From IMG/VR virus record IMGVR_UViG_3300021197_001546: a stretch of 64,000 nucleotides of DNA. One strand, given 5' to 3'. Shown here in pieces: positions 17,293-26,888 of the stretch. The stretch comes from an uncultured virus (IMG/VR IMGVR_UViG_3300021197_001546) (Duplodnaviria > Heunggongvirae > Uroviricota > Caudoviricetes). The first letter of the stretch is position 1. Each line of letters opens with the position of its first letter. The position numbers and the translations under genes are program-made. A model generated the notes under the pieces. It was given only the letters and a program-made list of their open reading frames with translations. It did no database searches and had not been told where the DNA came from.

Positions 17293-19245
17293 TCAGTTAG
17301 TTAAGTCTACGATCTCGCAAGAGTTCCCAGAACAAGCCATTGTCTGAGATCCAGAAGTATTATCTTCCTTCTCGTACTCTCCGAGACCGCTCCAGTCTAC
17401 ATCGACTGGCATTTTCTTGAGCATTTCTTCGTACTCATTCCAAGTACAATCTTGATAGGGTGCTTGACGATATGAGTGATCACTATGCGGCAAGAACGAA
17501 ATTCCAGAGATCTCGTCGAAGTGATCGTAAACCCATCCACCCACGGTAGGCCATTCTTCTTCCTTTACTGTGATCGTAACGGATGGTTTATGCTCACACC
17601 AGTGCCGTTGGTAAACTAACCACAGTTCGAGTTGTTCAATCGCTGTCATGTCATTGCGAGTGACACAACCAGCAGGTGATTGAACAGGGAAGGAGAACAC
17701 AGTGACATGATCTGGTTTCATGACATCTGCTTCATGCGGGAATCCCTTGTCCTTCATAAACGAACACAGGGGATCCTTGTTATCCGCACGCACTGTACGA
17801 ATGTACTGTGCGTTGTGACGAGCGTGAATACCAGACGCTGCGTCTGTAAGTTGAGAAACGGTTCCAGATGGTTTTACGCAGGTAATTGCGGCAGACTGAG
17901 GAATACCGAGAATATCGGCATGTTCCTTGTTTACCTTAATCGATTGACTGCGTAGTCGTTGTAGAGTTAAATCCAATCCTTCTACCTTTCTCGTTACTTC
18001 TGCGTCCATTATACCAGTAAGTGACACTCCAAGCAAGCGTTCTTCTTCACAATTCTTCTTCCACTCACCAGAGATGAATCGAAAGTTGAGAAGAGTTGAC
18101 TGCCATGTTCCGAGAATAGTGGCAAGTTTTACCTTGCGTGCCAGACTCTTGGGTGTGTCGTCTTCGCGGACAATGACTTCCGTGAGGTTACAGAACTCAC
18201 GGTCTCGTAGAATGATTTCGGAGCAAGGGTTGGTTCCAAACAACTGATTCGCATCGCGGGTTCGGTAATCTGGATCCATCTTGGTTCTGAATGCGTTTGC
18301 CTTTTCAACCTGCTTCTGTGCTGCTTCGCGGTTGAAGATTCCACGCTCACCACTCTTCGACTTGTACAGAGCGACCCATTCTTCCATGAATGTGCCTGGC
18401 TCTGGCTTTTCTTTGTAGGATACAGAGTTGTTTGCAAGGGCTCTCTGCGAATCTGCTTCCCACCATGCACCACTCTTTGCATCCCTCATTCGCTCGTCAG
18501 TGAGAGATGAGAGGGAGATAAGTGCGGATCGACGAACACCTCCGACAACAACAATCTCCGCAATTTTGCAGATGATATCGTGACATTCGATAGAAGTAAG
18601 TTTTCTACCGTTTGCTTTTCGGAAAGTATCAACGGTGAACCTGAAGAGATCTTCGAGCGGTTCTGGCCCACTGGCTCGACCTCCAAAAGTCTTAAGGCGC
18701 TCGCCGGCAGCACGAACTTTGCTCGTGTCCCATTTTGGAACTTGACCTCCAATGAGAAGGCTAAACAATTCTCGATACGCTTTGGCCCAGCCCATTTTAG
18801 AATCTTTGACAACAATTGTCGTATCACTGTCTTCAAACTCCTCTGCTATCGTCGGCAGGGTCTTGATGAGGTCGCGTTCTACGGAGAACCCGACTCCAGT
18901 TCCGCACATAAGAATGTACAGAATCTCATCAAACGACTTGACTTTGGATGCACTAACATAGGAACAGTTATACCCTGCAACATTGTCCCTCTTAAGAGCC
19001 TCGCCTGCGGTCATAAGCGCCCGCATAGACGGCATGATCTCTAGATTCGTTACGGCAGTTTCTAGTTCTTTTCTGAGTTTATCTGGTACGTCATATCCAC
19101 ACTCTTCTTTGAGATGATCTTTGAAAAAATCAAAGTACCTAGCGACGGTTTCGCTCCACGTTTCTCTTCGACCTGCATCATCAAGCCATCTAGAGTAACG
19201 GGACAAATGTATAAAAGACTGGTATAGACTAGGTAGTTCTGACAT
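17293..19245 (-). CDS. nrdJ: Class II (adenosylcobalamin-dependent) ribonucleotide reductase
   Basis: PSMRA, GGVRRSA, NPCSE, VKPSGT, EHKPS and C-terminal CSGNSC; single subunit with no nrdB nearby. Confidence 0.92.
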   Translation of the reverse strand: MSELPSLYQSFIHLSRYSRWLDDAGRRETWSETVARYFDFFKDHLKEECGYDVPDKLRKELETAVTNLEIMPSMRALMTAGEALKRDNVAGYNCSYVSASKVKSFDEILYILMCGTGVGFSVERDLIKTLPTIAEEFEDSDTTIVVKDSKMGWAKAYRELFSLLIGGQVPKWDTSKVRAAGERLKTFGGRASGPEPLEDLFRFTVDTFRKANGRKLTSIECHDIICKIAEIVVVGGVRRSALISLSSLTDERMRDAKSGAWWEADSQRALANNSVSYKEKPEPGTFMEEWVALYKSKSGERGIFNREAAQKQVEKANAFRTKMDPDYRTRDANQLFGTNPCSEIILRDREFCNLTEVIVREDDTPKSLARKVKLATILGTWQSTLLNFRFISGEWKKNCEEERLLGVSLTGIMDAEVTRKVEGLDLTLQRLRSQSIKVNKEHADILGIPQSAAITCVKPSGTVSQLTDAASGIHARHNAQYIRTVRADNKDPLCSFMKDKGFPHEADVMKPDHVTVFSFPVQSPAGCVTRNDMTAIEQLELWLVYQRHWCEHKPSVTITVKEEEWPTVGGWVYDHFDEISGISFLPHSDHSYRQAPYQDCTWNEYEEMLKKMPVDVDWSGLGEYEKEDNTSGSQTMACSGNSCEIVDLTN

Positions 19246-19290
19246 TATAAATCATCTCCTGATTTCAAAAGGTATTCGTATGTATTAGAT

Positions 19291-20481
19291 TCAGAAGGTG
19301 CCGCCGTCGATACGGGCACCAAAAATATTGTTTCCGTTCATGTCCAACAATTGGGACATTTCATTCTGTCCACTACTGGACTTCAAAAATGCGGTTGTGT
19401 CTGTACTTCCCGCACCTCCACCATTGATAGTGACAACACCATTGACACCATCAGATTCTATTGTAACGCCTGCTCCTCGAAAGTCAAGGTATCTAAGAAC
19501 ATTTCCATGTTGAATGACATTACCGTTTCGTTTGGCACCGAAAAGATCACCACCGCCACCAACAACGGCACCTCCCTGAATGATATTCCCGAGAGAGTTT
19601 ATCCATTCATCACTGACACTCAAAACCTTATCGTTTTGATCGTATCTTAGGGGTCCAGTTACCTTGACAACCCCAGATTCACCAGGCTCACCCTGTTCTC
19701 CTTGTGTTCCATCCTTACCAGCAGGACCCTGTGAACCTTCAGGACCAATTGCTCCAGGCAGACCTGGAGGGCCCTGTATGCCTGGATCTCCCTTTTCACC
19801 CTGCGAACCAACTTTACCATCTTGTCCTAGTAATCCTTGCTCACCTTTCTCGCCACGGTCGCCTGGATCACCTTTCTCTCCCTGCTCGCCCTTCTCTCCT
19901 TGAGATCCTTGCTCACCAACTTCTCCAATAGGGCCCTGTGCGCCAGGGATTCCTCGATCACCCTGTTCACCCTTGTCGCCTTGGTCACCCTTCTCGCCCT
20001 GCATACCTTGGATACCACGGGGTCCCTGCTCACCTTGTGAACCTTGGGGTCCCTCTGGGCCAGGAGCACCACCTGCTGGACCTCTCGGTCCCTCTCGACC
20101 CTCTTTACCGTCTCTGCCAGGTAAACCAGTTTCTCCTTTTTCGCCCTGCGAACCTTTTGGTCCCACAGGCCCCTGCGATCCTTCTCTACCATCATTACCA
20201 CGAACAACAACCTGTTCAATGACTACGGTTTCTGGCTCTTCATGGAATTCCTCGAAGAGACTATTGATAGTTCTAGAAGATCCACGAATAGTAATATGGT
20301 GATTATCACTCTCTAGGTTAACGGAAGATGCACCATAGCCTATCTCATAGACGGTATCTGCTACCTTATCTGTAACGCAAAATGTTTCTGAAACTTCTAT
20401 ATCCTCAAAGACATCTCCAACGTAAGAAATTTTCTTTCCTACACTAGAACGAGAAAATAGATTTAGAATTTCGTTTTTCAT
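19291..20481 (-). CDS. Collagen-like triple-helix protein
   Basis: Long Gly-X-Y run (GPxGExGD...) in the central half; own TAAATA box upstream. Confidence 0.88.
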   Translation of the reverse strand: MKNEILNLFSRSSVGKKISYVGDVFEDIEVSETFCVTDKVADTVYEIGYGASSVNLESDNHHITIRGSSRTINSLFEEFHEEPETVVIEQVVVRGNDGREGSQGPVGPKGSQGEKGETGLPGRDGKEGREGPRGPAGGAPGPEGPQGSQGEQGPRGIQGMQGEKGDQGDKGEQGDRGIPGAQGPIGEVGEQGSQGEKGEQGEKGDPGDRGEKGEQGLLGQDGKVGSQGEKGDPGIQGPPGLPGAIGPEGSQGPAGKDGTQGEQGEPGESGVVKVTGPLRYDQNDKVLSVSDEWINSLGNIIQGGAVVGGGGDLFGAKRNGNVIQHGNVLRYLDFRGAGVTIESDGVNGVVTINGGGAGSTDTTAFLKSSSGQNEMSQLLDMNGNNIFGARIDGGTF

Positions 20482-20506
20482 GTGAATTACATCCAGAGTT
20501 TATACT

Positions 20507-21235
20507 CTATTTAGCAGTCAGATACTCCCACGACACAGGGAAAAGAGGCGAGATTAGTTTACCAATTGCTTTGGCATATTCTCGCACTTCGTACTGTGCA
20601 TGGGCATCGATTCTTTGCTTATAGAATCTAGCATATGCTGCAAGAGATCCAGTCCAGTACCATTCTGTATACATTCCTTGTGGAAGCACGAACCGTGCTT
20701 GTTCGGGTGCAACATTGTTACGAAGAAGTTCATTGTATGTATGGATAGCAAGACGAATCGAATTGTCGAAGTTCCTCGTCGCTTCGGGGTGGATCCTGAT
20801 AAAATCACTGCTCCCTTGTTTTGCACCATCGGTAGGTTCACCTCTCCATGCTGGATAGTAGAACTCAGGTTCAAACGAAACATAACGGCGAGAGATTTCA
20901 TTTTCAACAAAACCTTGTTTGTGCTTGAACATCTGGGTTCGAATCGACACAGGCGCTTTGATTCGTAAGGTAATCTGAGGATGGGCAAACGGGGTCCAGT
21001 GCTGATGAGTCGCCAGATACTTCAACAACTTTCCATCACGACTGGATAACTTCCTCACATCCTCTGGGTGGTACGAGGATCCACTCTCACGCAGTCTTGC
21101 AACTGCTTCCTCGTCAATCTCCCACTCGGTGTCTTTTGAGAACGAAACCCGTGCGGCGTTACACACCGTGAGATCTGAACCCATGTGATCTACCAGATCA
21201 ACGAAACCTTTACTATCTAATACTTTTTGTTGCAT
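20507..21235 (-). CDS. thyX: Flavin-dependent thymidylate synthase
   Basis: NAARVSF, HWTPF, KHK...NEISRRY, EQARFVLP and HAQYE motifs. Confidence 0.95.
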   Translation of the reverse strand: MQQKVLDSKGFVDLVDHMGSDLTVCNAARVSFSKDTEWEIDEEAVARLRESGSSYHPEDVRKLSSRDGKLLKYLATHQHWTPFAHPQITLRIKAPVSIRTQMFKHKQGFVENEISRRYVSFEPEFYYPAWRGEPTDGAKQGSSDFIRIHPEATRNFDNSIRLAIHTYNELLRNNVAPEQARFVLPQGMYTEWYWTGSLAAYARFYKQRIDAHAQYEVREYAKAIGKLISPLFPVSWEYLTAK

Positions 21236-21238
21236 TAA

Positions 21239-22183
21239 TCAACCTTTCGCGTACTGAACAATTAACACGATACCCACAGAAGCAGCGAGTCCAACCATCA
21301 ACTTCAAGAAGTCTCGTCCCACGATCGGGAACACCTTTTTGATTCCTTCTTTCTGTCGGAAGGAGGCAATAGCGAGTTCTCTACCAGTAAGAAGTCCGAC
21401 GAACACCCAAGTCGTAGACATAGGAATGTCGTTCACTTCCTTGAAGATATACAGTATAACAAAGTAAAAGAGATCAATCAAGGTTGCAGATCGAACATAT
21501 TTCGTATTTTTCTTCTGTACTACGATCTCCTGAATCTTACCACCACGATGCTGAAGCATCCATGCAAGTCCACCAACAAAAACGGCGGAGATGATGAACA
21601 TGACTTCGACTGGAATCTGTCGTGGAAGATACACAGCAATATTTGCCATGTCGTGAGACAACCAAGTCCACCAAAGGAATCCAGTTGTCACCCATTGTCC
21701 AATGGACCACCACTTCTTATGAGAGTCCTTGATACTCTTACCCTCGTCGATCAGACGAGTCAGTACCAACCAGATGAAGTATGCGGCGACACCCGCAACG
21801 GCATACCCAAGCATCGACTTCATCAGAACTTTCTGTAGCACCAGTGTTGATGCGAATGCAGAAAGAACTAGGAATGAAGTAGAAACGGGCACACCGAAAC
21901 GAGTCAGAACGAGTAGCACTGCTGGGGCAAGTGCTTGATACCATTCTACTCCCTCGAACGGAATCTTATTGAGTCGTCCGTAAGAGATGTCACCGTCATA
22001 CGCCCACCATCCGTACCAGATGGCGATCAGAAGTACAGTGGAGGCGAACCCCCACATATACTTCCAATTCACCTTCTTGTTACTTGCAATCCAAGTTCCA
22101 AGAGTCTGGATCGAATCATTTGCAATTACACTGTATGCGGCGAGGAGAAACCCCGTCCACATCCATACTGTAATCTCAGTCAT
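21239..22183 (-). CDS. PiT-like (phosphate/anion) inner-membrane permease
   Basis: About 9-10 TM helices; duplicated signatures ANDS..T / HDMAN and PVSTS / PMSTT. Confidence 0.7.
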   Translation of the reverse strand: MTEITVWMWTGFLLAAYSVIANDSIQTLGTWIASNKKVNWKYMWGFASTVLLIAIWYGWWAYDGDISYGRLNKIPFEGVEWYQALAPAVLLVLTRFGVPVSTSFLVLSAFASTLVLQKVLMKSMLGYAVAGVAAYFIWLVLTRLIDEGKSIKDSHKKWWSIGQWVTTGFLWWTWLSHDMANIAVYLPRQIPVEVMFIISAVFVGGLAWMLQHRGGKIQEIVVQKKNTKYVRSATLIDLFYFVILYIFKEVNDIPMSTTWVFVGLLTGRELAIASFRQKEGIKKVFPIVGRDFLKLMVGLAASVGIVLIVQYAKG

Positions 22184-22991
22184 TATTCATTTCCAATGCA
22201 CGGATCATACGAGTGACACCGATTCCACCACCAACGCGAGGGAAGAAGTCATACTTCAGGAACTCTTCGAGTTCTGCTTCGACTCGATCCTTACCAAACT
22301 TCGAGTATAGAAGGTTGGCATAACCACCATCGGAAATGGTATGGAACATCTCACTCATCTCGTCTGGGTTTGCAGATCGTTCGGCAGAACCGATCGTCTC
22401 CTGACCCTCGATGATGACATCAATCTTCGCAGCGGTTCCATCACCGTTCTGCTTCATGTTCCAGAAGGGCGAAGTGTAGTTCGGGAAGTCTGTAATCATA
22501 CAGGTTCCGTGATCGTTACACATCTGCTCTTCGTGTTCGTTCTCTAGTTCTAGAACACCATACTCTGCGGCCCACTGTTCATATGCCTTTGCTTCGCACT
22601 GACCAAAACCAAGTTCAAGACAGAGTTCTCGTTCCATCACTTCAAGATCCCTTACATTGCCTGGCATCTCGAACTCAAACATTGGGAAGATGAGATCGTG
22701 CCTGCCTGGCACGGGGTTGGGTTCCTGTCGATAGGAAGTTGACACACAGAAATAACCAGTGTCAATGGGCTTGTTCAGGAGTTCATACTCCAACCACATC
22801 TGGCCGGTCTGTGGTAGAGGCCACACCTGTCCTGAGTAATCATAGGTTGAAACGGTGGTTGGATCCTCACACGCTGCAAGAATCGAAAGACGATTCTGGG
22901 TGTGAACCTCGACGAAACCCTTGTCTAAAAAGAAATTTCGCATCTTACCAACTGCGGACGTAAAACTAACGGGATCAATTAACTGAGTCAT
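22176..22991 (-). CDS. Class IIb aaRS (Asn/Asp) catalytic-domain paralogue lacking the anticodon-binding domain
   Basis: Motif 1 region FVEVHT, LPQTGQ, motif 2 YRQE...RH..F...EFE, ETIGSAER, motif 3 GGGIGVTR; only 271 aa. Confidence 0.8.
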   Translation of the reverse strand: MTQLIDPVSFTSAVGKMRNFFLDKGFVEVHTQNRLSILAACEDPTTVSTYDYSGQVWPLPQTGQMWLEYELLNKPIDTGYFCVSTSYRQEPNPVPGRHDLIFPMFEFEMPGNVRDLEVMERELCLELGFGQCEAKAYEQWAAEYGVLELENEHEEQMCNDHGTCMITDFPNYTSPFWNMKQNGDGTAAKIDVIIEGQETIGSAERSANPDEMSEMFHTISDGGYANLLYSKFGKDRVEAELEEFLKYDFFPRVGGGIGVTRMIRALEMNND

Positions 22992-23027
22992 ATCACTTCT
23001 CCATAATAAAGTAATTCTAATATGTAG

Positions 23028-24083
23028 TCAAACTTTTCGCCAACGATTTAAACGCATCGTTGCTTCCAAACCAGAAACTGCATTATCATCCATAATCTTT
23101 TTGATTTGCTTCGGAGTAAACCTATAGATCATATCATTGATATCTTTATCTTTCATACCATTAGGCCAAATACACACTGTCTTTCCCTGCTTGATCAGGT
23201 TCTGATTGAACTTCACAATCTGGGGATTGCGTGGTTCATTGTCAAGAACATAAACCATATCAGTGTTTGCAAAACGAGCAGGTTCGTTCTGCACTGATGC
23301 TGCACCCACCATCGCAACCGTGTTGTCGATGAAGAGACTGTCCAATGGACCCTCTACGACATACACACGCTTCTTTGGGTTTGCACGCCACATACCATAC
23401 CAGAGTCGTTCGATAGACTTGTCTGACTTCACTGTGATGTAGCGTAGAGTATCTCTCGCATTGAATTCGTCTTTCATTGAAAGAGATCGGCCCTGAACTG
23501 CAACTACCTGATCCTTCTTATTAAAGAAAGGAATAACTAATCTAGGTTCGGGTCGAGTTGTCAATGAAGGACTAAACTCTGGATCTACCAACTTCATATA
23601 AGCATAGAAGTTATCCGTATAATAGAGCATATCATAGAACTTCTTAGGAATCTTTCTCATGTCAACAAACTGTCGGCAGATATGATCCTCTTCGAGATTC
23701 TTAACACATAACAGAGGCTTAAGCAGATCGTCCTTTGGTTTAAACTTAGGCTTGCTAAAAATCATTTGCTCTTCCTTCGGTTTAATATAATTCGATTTAC
23801 CGTTTTCCCCGTTCTTCCATCTCTCTAAAGAATAGTCCTTCATCAAGGAAGGATTAACGGCCTCTAGAAATCGATACAGGGAATGACCGACTCCACAATT
23901 GTGACACTTGTAGAAGAAGTCATTCTTCTTGATAAAGAAGAAACCTCTTGCTTTACTTTTATTCTTTGTCGAATCCCCACAAATAGGGCAACGACAGTTA
24001 GCAAGTTTATCGCTCTTCCACTTGAACCTCTCCAGTTGCGGGGAGACTAGGTTGATAAACTTCTTATCAACAAAAGTACTCAT
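23028..24083 (-). CDS. gp61: DNA primase
   Basis: CPICGDS...CHNC zinc finger; TOPRIM VVEGPLDS and DNEPRN. Confidence 0.93.
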   Translation of the reverse strand: MSTFVDKKFINLVSPQLERFKWKSDKLANCRCPICGDSTKNKSKARGFFFIKKNDFFYKCHNCGVGHSLYRFLEAVNPSLMKDYSLERWKNGENGKSNYIKPKEEQMIFSKPKFKPKDDLLKPLLCVKNLEEDHICRQFVDMRKIPKKFYDMLYYTDNFYAYMKLVDPEFSPSLTTRPEPRLVIPFFNKKDQVVAVQGRSLSMKDEFNARDTLRYITVKSDKSIERLWYGMWRANPKKRVYVVEGPLDSLFIDNTVAMVGAASVQNEPARFANTDMVYVLDNEPRNPQIVKFNQNLIKQGKTVCIWPNGMKDKDINDMIYRFTPKQIKKIMDDNAVSGLEATMRLNRWRKV

Positions 24084-25480
24084 ATGTTCCACTCACTAAC
24101 ATCGGTTTGTTCTTTCTTACTGCCACCGAAGCCGACACCATAAACATCGTCTGGTTTATTTTGGTTAGACTCAACCAAACCCGTTTGAGCATTATCTTCG
24201 ACATCGGACAACTTCATTTTTGCACGGTTGATACCAAGAAGAAACTTTCTATTCTGGAAGGTATCATTGTATCTATTCTTCAATTGCTTGATCAAAACTT
24301 GACCCTGTGCATCAAGATCTTCTGTTGCAATCATGGCAATCATGAAGTCTGCCGTTGCAGGCAAACCAAACGATTCAGATGTATCCTCAAGACCGAAGTC
24401 ACTAGACGCGAATCCTGTTCGGTTAACTTGGGTGGCAGAGAAAATAGGAACATCATATTCTACTGCCAGTCCACGCAACTCCTCTGCAATCGCCTTAACC
24501 ATATTATAACTATTCACATTCCCGTTCTGCTTAAGTCTAGAACTTGCACAAATATTTAGATAGTCAATAAAGATAATGTCTGGATTAAACTTCTTCTTCA
24601 TTGAGAGTTCTTCCAACAAAACTCGGAAGTGATGAGAACTTGCGGTTGAAGTAGGGTACTCCTTGACAATCAATTTACCAGATTGATCACCGAGGGCTCG
24701 TTCAAGTTTAGAATCAAATATGTTCTTTGGTAGTTCTTTCACTTCATCCATCGTGATATCCATGAGGTTGGCATCGATACGTTCTGCAATCCGTTCTTCT
24801 GCCATCTCGCATGTGATATACAGAACATTTTTATTCTGGGAAAGACAAGCCGCAGCATGATGACACATGAACAGAGACTTACCAACACCAGTACCAGCCA
24901 TAACAATATTCAGAGTTTTGTTTGGTGTTCCGCCATTCGTGATCAGATTCATAAACTCAAGATCGAACGGAACTCTGCTTTCTACTTTGTGATAGAATTC
25001 AAACCGCGAGTCTGCATCCTCAATATAATCATGTCCGATGTGTGCATCGAAAGACACCGAAAGGGCATCAGAGAGAATGTGGGGTATAGCATTTTCATTT
25101 TGAGTTTTACTTTTACCATCAATGATCTGAATAGATTCCATGATAGCATTGTAAACTGCTCGCTCTTGACAAAACTTTTCTGTCGTGTCGAACAACCATT
25201 CTTGTTTGGCTTCTTCGGGCTTCTCTTTCATCTTCTGCAACATTTCACTACACCCATCAAACTCGGACTGAGAAAGATCTTTTCTTTCGCTCAGAGTAAT
25301 ATGCAGGGCCTCAGTTGCAGGCAAACTATTGTAGGTTGAAATGAAGTTGGAGATTATCTCGAAAAGCACTTTATCACAACGATCCGAGAAATACTCGGAT
25401 CGAAGGAAAGGAGTTACCTTACGGGAAAACTCCTCAGTGTGAATCAGATGTCGTAGAATCGTCTGTTCCACTGTTTGCAT
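24080..25480 (-). CDS. gp41: Replicative DNA helicase
   Basis: AGTGVGKS Walker A; IDYLNI, SATQ and SESFGLPATAD. Confidence 0.95.
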   Translation of the reverse strand: MQTVEQTILRHLIHTEEFSRKVTPFLRSEYFSDRCDKVLFEIISNFISTYNSLPATEALHITLSERKDLSQSEFDGCSEMLQKMKEKPEEAKQEWLFDTTEKFCQERAVYNAIMESIQIIDGKSKTQNENAIPHILSDALSVSFDAHIGHDYIEDADSRFEFYHKVESRVPFDLEFMNLITNGGTPNKTLNIVMAGTGVGKSLFMCHHAAACLSQNKNVLYITCEMAEERIAERIDANLMDITMDEVKELPKNIFDSKLERALGDQSGKLIVKEYPTSTASSHHFRVLLEELSMKKKFNPDIIFIDYLNICASSRLKQNGNVNSYNMVKAIAEELRGLAVEYDVPIFSATQVNRTGFASSDFGLEDTSESFGLPATADFMIAMIATEDLDAQGQVLIKQLKNRYNDTFQNRKFLLGINRAKMKLSDVEDNAQTGLVESNQNKPDDVYGVGFGGSKKEQTDVSEWNI

Positions 25481-25841
25481 TTTCTACTCTCGCTTTCGTT
25501 TGTTCAATCTTAAGAAGTTCAATATTTTCTTCAATAACCTTCGGTGCGTCACCAACCTCTTCAAGTGAGGTTTCTTGTGTTAAGGAAGGCAATTCTTTTT
25601 CGAGAATATGAACCAAAAGATCACCAGCAGCACGATGAAACTCTTCATCATCTTCGAACCCATAAGGCTTCTTGAGAATAACATAGTCAAACTTCATCTC
25701 CATTTGACCGTCGTCTTGTTCATTGAACTTGACGGTTCCATAATGAAAATGCAGACCCTTATATTTACCATCTGTAATATGAATGGCATCTGTGTCTAGT
25801 CCGTCGATCGGAATATATTCAAAGAACGCTGCTGTCGTCAT
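25434..25841 (-). CDS. Conserved protein at the gp40 position
   Basis: Lies between uvsX and gp41; I.I..GKY.G....YG.V.F motif. Confidence 0.55.
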   Translation of the reverse strand: MTTAAFFEYIPIDGLDTDAIHITDGKYKGLHFHYGTVKFNEQDDGQMEMKFDYVILKKPYGFEDDEEFHRAAGDLLVHILEKELPSLTQETSLEEVGDAPKVIEENIELLKIEQTKARVENANSGTDDSTTSDSH

Positions 25842-26877
25842 CACTTGTCTCCTCTGTTGGTGTAATTGTACCATACTTAAAGTCGGAAGCAACTACCTTA
25901 TCCAACTTTTCCATGATCTCTGGTGTAAACACACGCTCAGGATCCTTATAGATTTGCTTCTCGAACATCTTACTGCCGTCTGGCAATTCAATACGAGTAG
26001 ATACCTTCTTGAAGATCTCATGCTTCAATGCAATATCTACCAGACCATAATAAGGATTAAGACCCTTCTCGTAGTCGAGCATAACATCCACCATGGCGTT
26101 CTCCTTAGTCAAGCGAGACTTGAAGTTCTTACAGTGAATGATATTACCAATGACTTCGGTTCCTTCTTTTACCTTCTTCTTCGAAAGATAAATGATAGTA
26201 GAAGCGGCATACTTGAGACCACTACCACCACCCATAGTCTTCTGGGGGAACATCTGACCAACAACATCATAAGTATGATTGGTCATGATCATCGGGATGT
26301 TTGCCTTGCCCAACTTGAGAGTCAGGACACGGAAGGTTGCCTTGATTACTTGGGCCCGCGTCATGTCGCGTGTTGTCTTTCCTTCTGCGGTATCAGTCAT
26401 CTCCTTCATCGTCGAAAGCATACCAAGCGAGTCGAGAACGATAAGCATTGGCTTCTGTTCGCTCTTCTTCAATTCGAGATAGTTGTCTACAATTGAAATG
26501 GCCTGGTGACGAAACTCTTCCACAGTTCCCACGGGAAAGATGGCTACCCTATCAGGATCAATACCACGTTCCGTCATCATCTGTGAAGTTACGGCTTGTT
26601 CGGTGTCAAAATAAAGGACCACGCCGTCAGGACGATCAACAAGAAACTTATGCACCAAACTAAGAGCAAAAAAAGTTTTACCAGTAGCGGATTCACCCGC
26701 GATAGCCGTGATCTTATTATCTGGGATACCTCCGAAGAGAGATCCAGAAACAAGTGCGTTAAAAGTATAAGAACCAGTATCCACAAAACCTCGGATGTCT
26801 GACTCAGCACCTCCGTCAGATACGATACTCGCATACTCATTATTAGAACTCTTAATTACGTTTTGCAAAAAATCCAT
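25819..26877 (-). CDS. uvsX: RecA-like recombinase
   Basis: [15 protein letters not shown] and MGGGSGLKY. Confidence 0.95.
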   Translation of the reverse strand: MDFLQNVIKSSNNEYASIVSDGGAESDIRGFVDTGSYTFNALVSGSLFGGIPDNKITAIAGESATGKTFFALSLVHKFLVDRPDGVVLYFDTEQAVTSQMMTERGIDPDRVAIFPVGTVEEFRHQAISIVDNYLELKKSEQKPMLIVLDSLGMLSTMKEMTDTAEGKTTRDMTRAQVIKATFRVLTLKLGKANIPMIMTNHTYDVVGQMFPQKTMGGGSGLKYAASTIIYLSKKKVKEGTEVIGNIIHCKNFKSRLTKENAMVDVMLDYEKGLNPYYGLVDIALKHEIFKKVSTRIELPDGSKMFEKQIYKDPERVFTPEIMEKLDKVVASDFKYGTITPTEETSDDDSSVL

Positions 26878-26888
26878 TTATACTCCAA

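Noticed and set aside
19298..20302. Several Pro-rich plus-strand ORFs
   Set aside because: They are antisense shadows of the collagen Gly-X-Y repeat.
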